Shown one piece after another: positions 1-10,122 of a stretch of DNA of 64,000 bases. A model generated the notes under the pieces. It did not search any database, was not told the origin of the DNA, and saw only the letters and a program-made list of their open reading frames with translations. Each line of letters begins with the position of its first letter. Within the stretch, counting starts at the first letter, position 1. This stretch comes from an uncultured Gemmatimonadales bacterium (GTDB lineage Bacteria > Gemmatimonadota > Gemmatimonadetes > Gemmatimonadales > GWC2-71-9), in contig CAWGED010000004.1 of assembly GCA_963821525.1 (NCBI GenBank), positions 224,001-288,000 of the forward strand, given 5' to 3'. The translations under genes and the position numbers were made by a program.

Positions 1-2
1 AC

Positions 3-68
3 GCACTCGAGGCGCAGGGAATCGAGGTAGTATCCCTCACGACTTCTACGATCCTGGGCCTCCGCTAG
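3..68 (+). CDS. 3' end of an unidentified CDS running in from the window edge
   Basis: Open frame ALEAQGIEVVSLTTSTILGLR* ends at TAG 66-68, convergent with the AraC gene; too short to identify. Confidence 0.35.
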   Translation, partial: ALEAQGIEVVSLTTSTILGLR

Positions 69-70
69 AG

Positions 71-961
71 CTATTTCGGGCGAGACCCGCCCGCGCCCAA
101 CGGATGGAAGCTCCGCAGTACCCGCCCATAAGGCACAATCATCACATCGACGAATCGATCGAGCGCGGCGCTGAACGGAAAGCGGCGGCGCAGCTCCGAA
201 GTGTTCATCCCCAGGAGCGATCGCACGTGCCGCGCGAAACTCTGCGGTGAGCTGAACTCCAGGCGGTAGGCCACATCGGCGACGGTGAGTCCCCGCCGCT
301 CGAACAGGAGGCTCGCATGGAGCAGCCGCACCGCGGCCAGATAGCTCTTGGGAGAGGGGAGACCAGCTCGAGAGAACCGCGACATCAGGGTGGTACAGCG
401 CACATGAAGGCGGTCGGCCAGGTCGCGCGCGGTGACTACTTCCGGGGAGAATTGAACGAGTGCCTCGAAGAAGAGGCGGGTGTCCGGAGGGACTTCTCCC
501 AACGCCGCGAGAATCGGCGCCTGAAGCCGGGCGGAATCCCTGCTCGCCGGCTGTCCCAGCACCTGCCGAAGCCGTTGCCATCCGGCGGGCGTGCTCACAT
601 CCACCACTTGCCGCACACCCGAGGCGCCGAGTTGAAGCAATACTTCAGAGCCGGACGCATCGGCCTGACTCACCAGTGCCACGGTGGGGACTTCCGGAAA
701 GTCACGCGTCAGGTGGTTCAGCTGGTCGAGCGGCGCCCCACGGCATTGCCGGACCGAGAGGAGTACCGCGTCTACCGCACGCTCCCGGACCACCCGGACG
801 ACGTCGGGCAGAGACTCGCGATGGAGGAGAGAAAACCAACCTCCGCTTGCCGCATCCAGCCGGGGCCTCTCCTCTGGGGAGACCACGGCGGCGATCACCG
901 GGGCGGATTCGGCGGTCTGGAGGGCATCGCTCACAGGGACTCCTGCGGTAGACGGCCCCAC
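71..961 (-). CDS. AraC-family transcriptional regulator with an N-terminal receiver-like domain
   Basis: C-terminal AraC HTH signature (LTVADVAYRLEFSSPQSFARHVRSLLGMNTSELR); N-terminus has an alpha/beta REC-like pattern; exact start uncertain. Confidence 0.8.
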   Translation of the reverse strand: MGPSTAGVPVSDALQTAESAPVIAAVVSPEERPRLDAASGGWFSLLHRESLPDVVRVVRERAVDAVLLSVRQCRGAPLDQLNHLTRDFPEVPTVALVSQADASGSEVLLQLGASGVRQVVDVSTPAGWQRLRQVLGQPASRDSARLQAPILAALGEVPPDTRLFFEALVQFSPEVVTARDLADRLHVRCTTLMSRFSRAGLPSPKSYLAAVRLLHASLLFERRGLTVADVAYRLEFSSPQSFARHVRSLLGMNTSELRRRFPFSAALDRFVDVMIVPYGRVLRSFHPLGAGGSRPK

Positions 962-1025
962 GATAGCCCCGGCGGTTCAACCGCCATTCAAGTCATCCCC
1001 ATACCGTTAAGAATGTGTAGCGGTG

Positions 1026-1054
1026 TGCAACCTTTGGGGGAGGCAAAACGTCTA
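1026..1054 (+). promoter_or_regulatory. Candidate ECF-sigma promoter upstream of the kinase
   Basis: TGCAAC-N17-CGTCTA resembles the ECF AAC...CGT consensus. Confidence 0.35.
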
Positions 1055-1067
1055 GTGTCTGGATGGA

Positions 1068-4000
1068 TTGGCCACCCTATCGACCCATCCATATCTTGAC
1101 CGTGGATTACAAGATGCGATCCCGACAGCCGACGCCACGATGGGTACGGTAGCCGGGACCGAGCCGACTCATCGGGAGACTCCCGTGACCGGTCCTGACG
1201 AGCTTTCCTCCCGCCTCCAGGCGGCCCTCGGGCCTCAGTATCGGCTCGAGAGCGAGCTGGGGCATGGCGGGATGGGCGTCGTCTTCCTCGCCCGTGACAC
1301 CACGCTTGACCGCCCGGTGGCGGTGAAGGTGGTGCACCCCGATCTCGCGGTACATGGCGCGATCACGCAGCGCTTCCTGGCGGAGGCGCGCATGATCGCG
1401 CGTCTCCGTCACCCCAGCATCGTCTCGGTTCACTCCGCCGGCGAAACCACCGGACTTTTCTACTACGTGATGGACTACGTGCCGGGCGAGAGCCTCCGGC
1501 AGCGGCTCAACCGTGAGCTTCGGTTGCCGCCCGCGGAGGTGGCACGGCTGCTGAGCGATCTCGCCGACGCGCTGCATGCCGCTGGACAGGCAGGTCTGGT
1601 GCACCGGGACGTCAAACCGGAGAACGTGCTGCTCGACAGCGCGACGGGCCACCCGATGCTGGCGGACTTCGGCATTGCGCGCGCGATGGTGCCGGACGGA
1701 AGCGGAAATGTGACGGCGGCTGGAGTCGCGGTGGGCACGCCGACCTACATGAGCCCGGAGCAGGCAGCCGGCGAGGCGGTGGATCACCGCAGCGATCTCT
1801 ACGGTCTCGGTGTGCTGGGATACGAGATGCTGACGGGACGGCCACCGTTCCGTGGGGCTAATGCCGCGGCGATTGCCTCGATGCATTTGTCGGAGCGCCC
1901 TACGCCGGTCGGCAATCTCCGTCCCGACGCACCGGCTCCGCTTGCCGCGGCGATCATGCGGGCCCTCGAGAAGAATCCGGCTGACCGCTGGCAGACCGGT
2001 TCCGAGTTCCGTCACGCGATTCAAGGCGAGGCGGTCACTCCACTTCCCAGCCGGTTGCGCCGGCGTGGTCTGGTATCGGCGGGAGTCGCGGTACTCCTCA
2101 TGGCAATCGTGGTCGCCGCTTTCGCGCTGAGACCCAACGGTCCGCCCGCCGGAGTCAACCCGCGCCATTCGATGCTGATTCTTCCCTTCGAGAACCTGCG
2201 GGGAGATGCCTCGGTAGACTGGCTGCGAGAAGGAAGCGTGAACATGCTCACGCTGAACCTTTCGCAGTGGAATGACCTGACGGCGGTCGATCACGAGCGG
2301 CTGCACGATCTCCTGGCCCGCCGCAAGCTGGGCGAAGGAACCGCAGTGGGTCTCGAAATGGCCCGGCAGCTCGCGCGCGATGCCGGCGCATGGACCGTGG
2401 TGCTGGGAGACTTCACCCGGGCCGGCGATTCATTGCATCTCGTGGCACGGGTCTACGACGTGGCGACGGGAAACCGGGTGGACGTGGCCCAGGTCGACGG
2501 CGCGCCGGGCGAGGATGTGCGCCCGCTGTTCGACCAGCTCGCTGCGAAGCTGCTCAATCTTTCCGGCGCCCCGACCGGGACTCGCGCCGAACTGTGGCGC
2601 GCCACGACTTCATCGGTCGAAGCGTTCCGCTCCTATCTCAAGGGAATCGAGCATCTGAACCAATGGAGCCTGGGGGATGCGGAAGCCGATTTGAGCCGGG
2701 CCACGAAGATCGATTCCACCTTCGCGCTCGCGTACTACAAGCTCGCGCTTACCCGAGGCTGGGCCACAGGACAAGGGGATTCGCTGGGGATCGAGGCGAT
2801 CCACCGGGCCACGCAATATTCCGACCGGTTGCCGGAGCGGGACCGGACCATGATCCGCGCCTATCGGGCTTTCATCGACGGCGACTACGCGACCAGCCGG
2901 GGCAACTACCAGCAGCTGCTCTCGCGGGACTCCACCGACGCTGATGCGTGGTACGGCCTGGGCGATGTGTGGTTCCACGATACGAACAAGAGCGTCCAGG
3001 TCGGCCACCGACATCACACCATGTCCTACCGGGCCTTCAAGAGGGCCATCGGGCTCGACCCCGGCTACTACCTCGCCTACGAGCACGTCCAGCAGTTACT
3101 GAACACCGCAGCGCAGAAGGATCCGCCGATGGTCCTGATGCCCAACGATTCGTTCGCGGTGACCGAAGATGACCGGGGCCACAGGCTGCTGGACAGCGCT
3201 ACGGTTGCGGCAGGCATCGACCGCGCTCGGTTGGCGGGGATTACCAGCGCGCGGAGCTGGATCGCGAGCCAGCCGGAGAATCCTCACGCCCAGAATGCGC
3301 TGATCGAGGCTCTCGCCGCGGCCCAGAACTATCCGGCGGCGCTGGCCGAAGTGAACCGGATCCGGAGCACCCCGTCAGGCGCCGCCCGTCCCGATCTCCC
3401 CTTCATTCGGGCGCGGCTGCTCACCGAGTCGGGAGACTTCGGGGGAGCCGAACGTGAGGTTCGCGCCGCCATCGACTCCACGACGCCCGAGGACTTTGCC
3501 CGCTATTCGGAAGGAACCCTGCCTCCGGAAACGGTCAGCCTGTTGAGCGCCGGGGCCAACCTGCTGGCGTATCACGGGAAGGTTCACGAGGCCCAGCAGG
3601 TGGTCGAGCTTGCCGGACGGGTTCAGGCCGAGTGGTTCGAGAACAGTATGTGGAGCCGGAAGCTCGGCGGGGAGCCGGCTTGGACCCAGCTTTTCCTGGG
3701 TCACTTGTATACCTCGGTGGGCGCGCCGGTCTCGGCGCTGCACGCCACCTGGGATGCGGTGTCTGACGGAGTGAAGGCGGCTCCCCGCACCGACCGCAAA
3801 GAGCTCATGCAATTCGGCTGGCCCTCGGCGCTGGGACTCTTCCTGAGCGACGAAGCCGACAGCGGCGCTCTGCGTGAATTTGCCGGAACTCGAGGGGAAA
3901 AGCTTCCTCCGGAGATTCGAGTCCTTCAGGCCCTCGCGGAGAAGGACACCACGTCGGCCCGGAGGATGCTGACCGAGGCGGAGAAGAATCCCGAGTCGAT

Positions 4001-4340
4001 CGACTCTTCGTACAAGTCCCGGCCCATGTGGTGGAGCTACCGCACTCCACTTCTGGCCCAGGCCCACTTTCTCCTCGGGGACTACGAGACGACGATCAAG
4101 CTTTTGCGTGATTTCGAGCCGACCCACTTTGCGTCGCGCTACTTCGATTCCCGCTGGGGTCTCGCCGGGAGAGTGCGACTGCTCAGGGGAGTCGCCTACG
4201 AAAAACTGGGCCAGCCCCAACTGGCACGGACGGAATACAAAGCTGTTCTGGAGCAATGGGCGGACGCCGATTCAGCCCTGCAGCCCTTCGTCCGCCAGGC
4301 TCAAGCGGGATTGCTCAGGGTAGGCGGAGGGGTGGGCTAA
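1068..4340 (+). CDS. Hanks-type Ser/Thr protein kinase with TM helix, TolB-N/FlgO-like domain and TPR repeats (true start probably GTG near 1184)
   Basis: [40 protein letters not shown] motifs; hydrophobic helix; ILPFEN TolB-like motif; TPR-like repeats. Confidence 0.92.
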   Translation: MATLSTHPYLDRGLQDAIPTADATMGTVAGTEPTHRETPVTGPDELSSRLQAALGPQYRLESELGHGGMGVVFLARDTTLDRPVAVKVVHPDLAVHGAITQRFLAEARMIARLRHPSIVSVHSAGETTGLFYYVMDYVPGESLRQRLNRELRLPPAEVARLLSDLADALHAAGQAGLVHRDVKPENVLLDSATGHPMLADFGIARAMVPDGSGNVTAAGVAVGTPTYMSPEQAAGEAVDHRSDLYGLGVLGYEMLTGRPPFRGANAAAIASMHLSERPTPVGNLRPDAPAPLAAAIMRALEKNPADRWQTGSEFRHAIQGEAVTPLPSRLRRRGLVSAGVAVLLMAIVVAAFALRPNGPPAGVNPRHSMLILPFENLRGDASVDWLREGSVNMLTLNLSQWNDLTAVDHERLHDLLARRKLGEGTAVGLEMARQLARDAGAWTVVLGDFTRAGDSLHLVARVYDVATGNRVDVAQVDGAPGEDVRPLFDQLAAKLLNLSGAPTGTRAELWRATTSSVEAFRSYLKGIEHLNQWSLGDAEADLSRATKIDSTFALAYYKLALTRGWATGQGDSLGIEAIHRATQYSDRLPERDRTMIRAYRAFIDGDYATSRGNYQQLLSRDSTDADAWYGLGDVWFHDTNKSVQVGHRHHTMSYRAFKRAIGLDPGYYLAYEHVQQLLNTAAQKDPPMVLMPNDSFAVTEDDRGHRLLDSATVAAGIDRARLAGITSARSWIASQPENPHAQNALIEALAAAQNYPAALAEVNRIRSTPSGAARPDLPFIRARLLTESGDFGGAEREVRAAIDSTTPEDFARYSEGTLPPETVSLLSAGANLLAYHGKVHEAQQVVELAGRVQAEWFENSMWSRKLGGEPAWTQLFLGHLYTSVGAPVSALHATWDAVSDGVKAAPRTDRKELMQFGWPSALGLFLSDEADSGALREFAGTRGEKLPPEIRVLQALAEKDTTSARRMLTEAEKNPESIDSSYKSRPMWWSYRTPLLAQAHFLLGDYETTIKLLRDFEPTHFASRYFDSRWGLAGRVRLLRGVAYEKLGQPQLARTEYKAVLEQWADADSALQPFVRQAQAGLLRVGGGVG

Positions 4341-4359
4341 CGAGTAGATTCAAGGCGCA

Positions 4360-4775
4360 CAGGCAGGACGGATGGTCGCGGGTCCAGGCTGCAGCTTGCT
4401 GCGGTCCAGGGCTCGAGGAAAGTCCGAGCTCCAACGGGTAGACTGCCAGGTAACGCCTGGGCGCCGAGAGGCGACGGACAGGGCCACAGAAAACAGACCG
4501 CCTGGAACCCGGGCGCGAGCCCGGGGGAATGGCAAGGGTGAAACGGTGGGGTAAGAGCCCACCGCATCGCTGGTAACAGCGGTGGCACGGTAACCCCCAG
4601 TCGGAGCAAGGCCAAATAAGCGGCGAGGTGTGACCCACACCGCCCCGCCGGGTCGCGAGATCCGGCTAGCCGCGGGTAGGCTGCTCGAGGCGGTTGGTGA
4701 CAACCGTCCCAGACAGATGACCATCCCCCGGGGCTTCGGCTCCGGGGAACAGAACTCGGCTTACGGGCCTGCCTG
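4360..4775 (+). ncRNA. rnpB: RNase P RNA (type A)
   Basis: GAGGAAAGTCC, CAGAAAACAGACCGCC, AAGGGTGAAACGGTGGGGTAAGAGCCCACCG, GAGCAAGGCCAAATA and ACAGAACTCGGCTTA motifs; ends CAGGCAGG/CCTGCCTG pair as P1. Confidence 0.97.
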
Positions 4776-4778
4776 GGT

Positions 4779-4828
4779 AGACGGGCGAACGGGGTGAAAC
4801 TACGCCCCGCCGCCCGTCTGCCTTTTTC
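4779..4828 (+). terminator. Intrinsic terminator after rnpB
   Basis: AGACGGGCG...CGCCCGTCT hairpin followed by GCCTTTTTC. Confidence 0.75.
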
Positions 4829-4889
4829 GCCCCTCCCGCCATTTCCAAAGGTGACATAGCTTTAGAGTTCCTCTGCCCGTAGTACCGGT

Positions 4890-5126
4890 ATGGCCATAAA
4901 ACCCAGCCCTATGCAGGATAGAAACCGACCATATCCGGAGTCATGGGACCGGGTAGCGGACGTCAGGGTCTTCCGGACGAGCGCGAACGACTGGGAAAAG
5001 CTCATCACCTGGCGTGCCGACATGCGAAAGCGCGGCTGGAAGCTCCTCAAGGTGACGAGCGACGATTCCGAACTCGTCGCGGTCTTCGGGCGTACCAAGA
5101 CGGACCTCCACCCGGGCGGCGGCTGA
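4890..5126 (+). CDS. Small hypothetical protein (78 aa)
   Basis: Compact ORF with protein-like composition (W-rich, GWKLLKV...ELVAVFGR), first gene of a + strand run. Confidence 0.7.
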   Translation: MAIKPSPMQDRNRPYPESWDRVADVRVFRTSANDWEKLITWRADMRKRGWKLLKVTSDDSELVAVFGRTKTDLHPGGG

Positions 5127-5172
5127 CCCGGCCGGTTCCCGTCGTCCATCCCCCTTACGCTTGAGGCAAGTC

Positions 5173-5956
5173 ATGAGGTCACGCCCCTGGATCGCCGCGG
5201 CCGTGGCGATCACTGGTATCCTCGCCTGGAAGGCGCCGCCGACCACCGCGGCTCGGCGCTACCGCCTGGATCTCAAGACGACCCAAGTCATCGACCTGAA
5301 AGCCGTCGGGACAAACCGAACAGCGCCAAGAGTTCGGCAGCACGGGATTCCTCAGCGTTTCCATCGCCGATACCACGGGCGGCAAGACAATCAGCGTCGT
5401 GCTCGATTCCCTGAAGCCTGACAGCGCGTCGCCGGTTCCGGCGGAGGCGGCCAAGGCAGCCGCCGGTACGACATGGCACGGGGTAGTCGGCTCGAACGGG
5501 AGAATCACCGGGCTCCAGGCCTCGAGCGATAACCCCGTCGCCGTGACGTTGACGGCGTTGTTGCGGGAATTCCTGCCGCCGGTTCCCGCGGGTGTAGCGC
5601 CGGGAAAGGCCTGGACTGACACGACCGAGAACAACGACAACGTGCCGAACGGATCGATGGCGGTCCGGACCATCACCAACTTCCAGTCGTCCTCGGAGAC
5701 CTATGAAGGGGTGAAGGCGCTCAAGATCGCGAGTGCGTCCAGCAGCTCCTTCTCGGGCAATCAGGAAACCGGAGGTGGATCCGCGGCCATCGAAGGCACA
5801 GGAACGGGAACCGGAGTCTGGTACGTCGGGCCCGACGGTACCTACCTCGGCGGAAAGCGGAGTAGCATGCAGAATCTGACGGTCTCGGGCGCCTTCGCAC
5901 CCGAACCGCTGCCTGTGGTTGTCACCCTCGATGCGACGACGTCGCTCCTGAAATGA
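5173..5956 (+). CDS. Exported beta-rich hypothetical protein (frameshift near 5310)
   Basis: Signal-peptide-like N-terminus (ORF 5161) continues in another frame (QTEQRQEFGSTGFLSV... into ORF 5399-5956). Confidence 0.65.
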
Positions 5957-5960
5957 TCTT

Positions 5961-6822
5961 ATGAGGTCACATCGGCTGCTGGTACTTCTCGTTCTCGCAG
6001 GTTGTAGCAGCAACAGCCAGCCGCCTGAATCCCACCCCGAGCCCGGCCGGCCCGACGGCAGCTCAACCGAGCGAGCCGACCCCATCTGGCAAGGGCCTCC
6101 AGCTGCGCACCGAGGGAACCTTCCGCTACTCGCTCTGGCGACGGGACAGCGTCGTGGCCCAGATGCCGAGCGGAGAGGCGCAGGTCCAGGTCACGGGACA
6201 GACTGCGTTTGTCACCGTGAATCTCCAGCCGGCCTCAGATGGAGCCCAGCTGACCGCTACGCTGGACTCGGTTCGACCGGATGCGGATGTCACCTTCTCC
6301 ACGACCACTCTCGACAGCCTCTCAAATTCCAAGTGGAGCGGAAAACTGACCCGATCGGGCTGGGTCGAGTCGGTGACCGCGACAAATCACTCGCTCCTCG
6401 CCGATCAGATCCGGGACGCGATCAAGCTGCTGTTTCCAGTCGTCGGGGACAACGCGGGAGCCGGTTCCACCTGGCAAGGCACGGCGGCGGCGGTGGCGGC
6501 CCGGCTCAGCGTGGTGGACCTCGACGAGAGCGTCCAGGTGGTTGGAACGGCCGGAGCCGCGGCGAACGAGAACGGCCAGAAATTCATTCCCATCACGGTG
6601 ATCCGCACGACCGCGGGGCAGGGAAGCGGAAGCCAGGCCGGCCAGCCAATCGATCTCGCAGCGACGGGACGAGACTCCCTGGTCTATCAGTTGGGCAATG
6701 ACGGACAGGTCCTCGCCGCGGAAGGAGAACGGGTGAGGGACATGACCCTGACGGCGACCGCCGTAGGGCAGACAGTTCCGGTCACCCAGGAGAGCCGACT
6801 CAAGTTCTCTCTGCTCCGATAG
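5961..6822 (+). CDS. Hypothetical lipoprotein (frameshift near 6070-6100)
   Basis: Lipobox LLVLAGC in ORF 5961; body continues in ORF 6154-6822; shares TLDSV/VLDSL and Thr/Gly-rich strands with the upstream gene. Confidence 0.65.
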
Positions 6823-6827
6823 GACGC

Positions 6828-7751
6828 TTGACCGGGTTGATGAAGACGGCGTTGAAAACGCTCGTGGTGGCCGCCGCGGGTTTCGTCCTCTGGCTCCTCG
6901 CCATCTGGCCTCCCCCACTCTGGTACCGGACCCACTGGCCCGCGGAAACCGCGTTCATGTGGATGAGGCACGGAGAGGGCGGCCCGAAGACAGACTCGCT
7001 CCGCCAATACCGCCCGGTTCCCCTCGATTCGATTTCTCGAAGCCTTCAGGATGCCGTAGTCATCGGAGAGGACAACAACTTCTTCACTCATGGCGGGATC
7101 GATTACCTGGCCATGGCTCATGCCATCGGTTATCCCCGTCAGTCGTTTGCCTGGTCCTCCGCGCGAGATCGCGATGAGCTGTTCAGCGTACTTCCCCGAG
7201 CCTGGAGCAGGCGCGACAAGCTTCGGGGAGCCAGTACGATCTCTCAGCAGCTGGCCAAGAACCTATACCTCTCCTCGTCACGCAACCCGCTGCGCAAAGT
7301 GAAGGAAGCGGTAACCACCTACCGGCTCGAAACGGCATTGGGGAAGCGGCGGATCATGGAGCTGTATCTCAATGTGGCGGAGCTGGGTGACGGGATCTGG
7401 GGCGCCGAGGCCGCTAGCCGGAAGTATTTCAAGCGCGGCGCCGCGCGACTCACCCAGGAGCAGGCCGCCGCTCTCGCCGGATCGCTCCCCTTCCCGCTCA
7501 GCTCCAACCCCGGCTTCAAGCCAAGCCGAATGCGATGGAGGCGGGATCTCATCCTGCGCCGGATGCACGGAGAGTGGGTAGAAGTGCCGAAGGTGGAGAC
7601 CGAGGACCTGCCGGCACCTCCAGTGCCGGATTCGCTTTACATCGCGGTGGATTCTGCCGTCACAGCGGTGGACTCTATTCCGCTGGTCCAGACGGAATCG
7701 CTCCCCGCTCCACCGGACAGCCTGGAGACGGCACCGGACAGCGTTCCCTGA
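6828..7751 (+). CDS. mtgA: Monofunctional peptidoglycan transglycosylase (GT51)
   Basis: EDNNFFTHGGID, RGASTISQQLAKNLYL, RKVKE, KRRIMELYLNVAE, GAEAASRKYF motifs. Confidence 0.9.
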   Translation: MTGLMKTALKTLVVAAAGFVLWLLAIWPPPLWYRTHWPAETAFMWMRHGEGGPKTDSLRQYRPVPLDSISRSLQDAVVIGEDNNFFTHGGIDYLAMAHAIGYPRQSFAWSSARDRDELFSVLPRAWSRRDKLRGASTISQQLAKNLYLSSSRNPLRKVKEAVTTYRLETALGKRRIMELYLNVAELGDGIWGAEAASRKYFKRGAARLTQEQAAALAGSLPFPLSSNPGFKPSRMRWRRDLILRRMHGEWVEVPKVETEDLPAPPVPDSLYIAVDSAVTAVDSIPLVQTESLPAPPDSLETAPDSVP

Positions 7752-7770
7752 TTCGCGGGGTCGAGCGGGC

Positions 7771-8706
7771 TTAGAGAATCTTCTTGCCGAAAGCGGATTG
7801 AATCAGCTCGACCGCGAACTGGGCCGAAGTATTGCGGTCGTCCAGGATGGGATTGACTTCGACGACCTCGAGGGAACTCATCACGCCGGCCGCAGCGACG
7901 AGCTCCATGATGAGGTGAGCTTCGCGGTAATCCAGCCCGCCCTTCACCGGGGTGCCCACGCCAGGCGCGAGGCTGGGATCCACCGAATCCAGGTCGAAGC
8001 TCACGTGCACCAGGTCGGTCCCCGCGGTGACGTTGGCCAACGCCTTCCCCATGACACTGTGAATCCCCTGCTGGTCAATGTCCGCCATCGTGTAGACGTT
8101 GACCCCCAGGCGCTTCAGATGCCGCCGTTCCCCTTCGTCAACACTGCGAATTCCCACCAGAGCAATGTTCGCGGGATCCACTTTCTTGAAACGGCCACCG
8201 ATGCCGCCGAGCTCGCGCGGACCGAGTCCCAGCAGAGCGGCGAGTGGCATGCCGTGAATGTTCCCGGTCGGAGAAGTGCCGGGGGTGTTGATGTCGCTGT
8301 GCGCGTCCACCCAGAGCACCCCGACCTTGCGACGACTCGCGCGCGCCCAGCGGGCGATGCCTGAGATAGTTCCGACCGCGATCGAGTGGTCGCCGCCCAG
8401 CACGAGCGGGAAATGCCCCTGCTTCATCACCTGCCCCACCTTGGTGGCCAACAGTCGATTCGCCCGGGTGATCTCGGCCAGGTAACGGGCCCGAAGTCTT
8501 CCGACCCTCAGCTCCTCGATGTTGTGAATCAGGAGATCTCCGTCGTCAACGACGCGATGCCCCAGCTCGCGGAGGTGCTGATTGAGCCCGGCGATCCGGA
8601 TTGCGGAGGGACCCATGTCCACCCCTCGGCGGCCAGAGCCGAGGTCCATGGGAACGCCGAGGATGTGGATGGTTTTGCGCCGCGGGTTCGTTCGGGAGGT
8701 TGGCAT
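7771..8706 (-). CDS. rocF: Arginase
   Basis: GVDMGP, GGDHS, DAHSDINT, SPTGNIHGMP, SFDLDSVDP, EVNP; start set at the second Met because the upstream extension is heptamer repeat. Confidence 0.93.
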   Translation of the reverse strand: MPTSRTNPRRKTIHILGVPMDLGSGRRGVDMGPSAIRIAGLNQHLRELGHRVVDDGDLLIHNIEELRVGRLRARYLAEITRANRLLATKVGQVMKQGHFPLVLGGDHSIAVGTISGIARWARASRRKVGVLWVDAHSDINTPGTSPTGNIHGMPLAALLGLGPRELGGIGGRFKKVDPANIALVGIRSVDEGERRHLKRLGVNVYTMADIDQQGIHSVMGKALANVTAGTDLVHVSFDLDSVDPSLAPGVGTPVKGGLDYREAHLIMELVAAAGVMSSLEVVEVNPILDDRNTSAQFAVELIQSAFGKKIL

Positions 8707-8715
8707 CGGATTATC

Positions 8716-8782
8716 AGTTCCGAGTTCAGAGTTCCGAGTTGGCATTCATCGAGCGGGAACTCAGAACCCTGAACTGGGAACT
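8716..8782. repeat. Inverted heptamer-tandem element (AGTTCCG/AGTTCAG ... GGGAACT/CTGAACT)
   Basis: Left arm 8716-8740 and right arm 8754-8782 are approximate reverse complements. Confidence 0.85.
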
Positions 8783-9897
8783 CAATCCACCAAGCGCAGC
8801 GGCATCACGAGCGTGAGGTACGACGCGGGATCGTTCCAGCCCACCGGCTCACAGGTGGCAGCGCGTTCGGGGCCCTTGAAGGTCATCCGCACCTCGTCGG
8901 TGGGCATGAACTTCAGGATCTCGAGGAGATAGGTGGCGTTGAAGCCGATCTCCAGTGAATCCCCGTCGTAGGTGATGGCCATTTCCTCCTGGGCCTCGCC
9001 CAGGTCCGGAGTCTGAACCGAGAGCTTGCACGCCCCATTGGTCAGCGCCAGCCGAATTCGATGGGTTTGGTCGCTGGCGACGATGCTCATGCGCCGAATG
9101 GCTGAGGTGAGGGCAGACTTGTCCGCGGTCGCGCTCTTGTCGTTCTCCTTGGGGATTACCTGCTCGTAGTTGGGATAGGGGCCCTCGATGAGCCGGGTGA
9201 ACACCTGAGTCGAGGCGGAACGAAATCCCAGGTGGTTCTCGCTCTTGGCGATCTCCAGCTCGTCCTTGTCTCCGAAGAGCCGGCGGATCTGGTCCAGCGC
9301 TTTCGGCGGAATGATCAGGTCGGCCTGACCCTTCGACATGCCGCCGGTAGCCGGCACATCCATCCGGGCCAGCCGGTGACCGTTCGTCGCAACCATGCGC
9401 ATCCGCTCGGGGCGGAGCTCCCAGAGTACGCCGTTGAGAATCGGCCGGCTTTCCTCGGTGCTGGCGGCAAAAGCCACGTGCCCGATCAGCTTTTGTACGT
9501 CGCCCGCGGCGCAGGACCAGCCACCGGTGAAATTGACCGCAGGGAAGGCCGGGAATTCCTCACGAGGCAAGCCGAGCAGGCGGAACTTGGCGCGGCCACA
9601 CTCGATGGTGACCCGTTGTTCTCCCGAGCTGGTAACCCGAATCGCCGCACTGGGCAGTTCTCGCACGATCTCGACCAGTTTCTTGGCTGGCAGAGTGAGC
9701 GCGCCTTCCTGATCCACCGAGGCTGGTACGGTGGTGGACACCGCGATATCCAGGTCAGTGCCGGAAAGCCGGAGACCGTTACCGGTGGCCTCGAGCAGGA
9801 TGTTGGAAAGGACCGGCAGTGTCGTCTTGGTCGGTACCGAAGCTGCGACCGCTACCAATCCTTCCTGAAGCTGTTCTCGTGTGATTGTGAACTTCAT
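8782..9897 (-). CDS. dnaN: DNA polymerase III beta sliding clamp
   Basis: LSGTDLD, STEESRPILNGV, VATNGHRLA, RLIEGPYPNYEQVIP, IGFN, VMPLRL; downstream of dnaA. Confidence 0.97.
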   Translation of the reverse strand: MKFTITREQLQEGLVAVAASVPTKTTLPVLSNILLEATGNGLRLSGTDLDIAVSTTVPASVDQEGALTLPAKKLVEIVRELPSAAIRVTSSGEQRVTIECGRAKFRLLGLPREEFPAFPAVNFTGGWSCAAGDVQKLIGHVAFAASTEESRPILNGVLWELRPERMRMVATNGHRLARMDVPATGGMSKGQADLIIPPKALDQIRRLFGDKDELEIAKSENHLGFRSASTQVFTRLIEGPYPNYEQVIPKENDKSATADKSALTSAIRRMSIVASDQTHRIRLALTNGACKLSVQTPDLGEAQEEMAITYDGDSLEIGFNATYLLEILKFMPTDEVRMTFKGPERAATCEPVGWNDPASYLTLVMPLRLVD

Positions 9898-10122
9898 CCC
9901 GCTCCTCAGCGTGCAGGAAAACTTCTGTTTCTTCTATAAGAATAACTTGACTAGCAGTAGCAGTAGAGGGTCTGGAAATGTGGATCAACTGCCCAATCGC
10001 ATTCCCTGCTCTACGATAGCCCTCTTCGCCGGTGTCGACTCGTTGTGGAACTTGTGGACCCGGCGGGGACAGTTCGCGCGAGGCCTCGCGACTTCCCACA
10101 GTTCCCACGCGATGTTCACGAC
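9898..10122. other. Chromosomal replication origin oriC (dnaA-dnaN intergenic)
   Basis: AT-rich 9917-9950; TAG-CAG-TAG-CAG-TAG trios 9952-9966; tandem DnaA-box-like TCTGGAAAT/TGTGGATCA 9971-9987; further boxes at 10044-10061 and 10093-10110. Confidence 0.85.

Noticed and set aside
4256..4857. ORFs 4256-4441, 4315-4638, 4337-4615, 4350-4724, 4372-4554 and 4666-4857
   Set aside because: They overlap the RNase P RNA gene and are spurious
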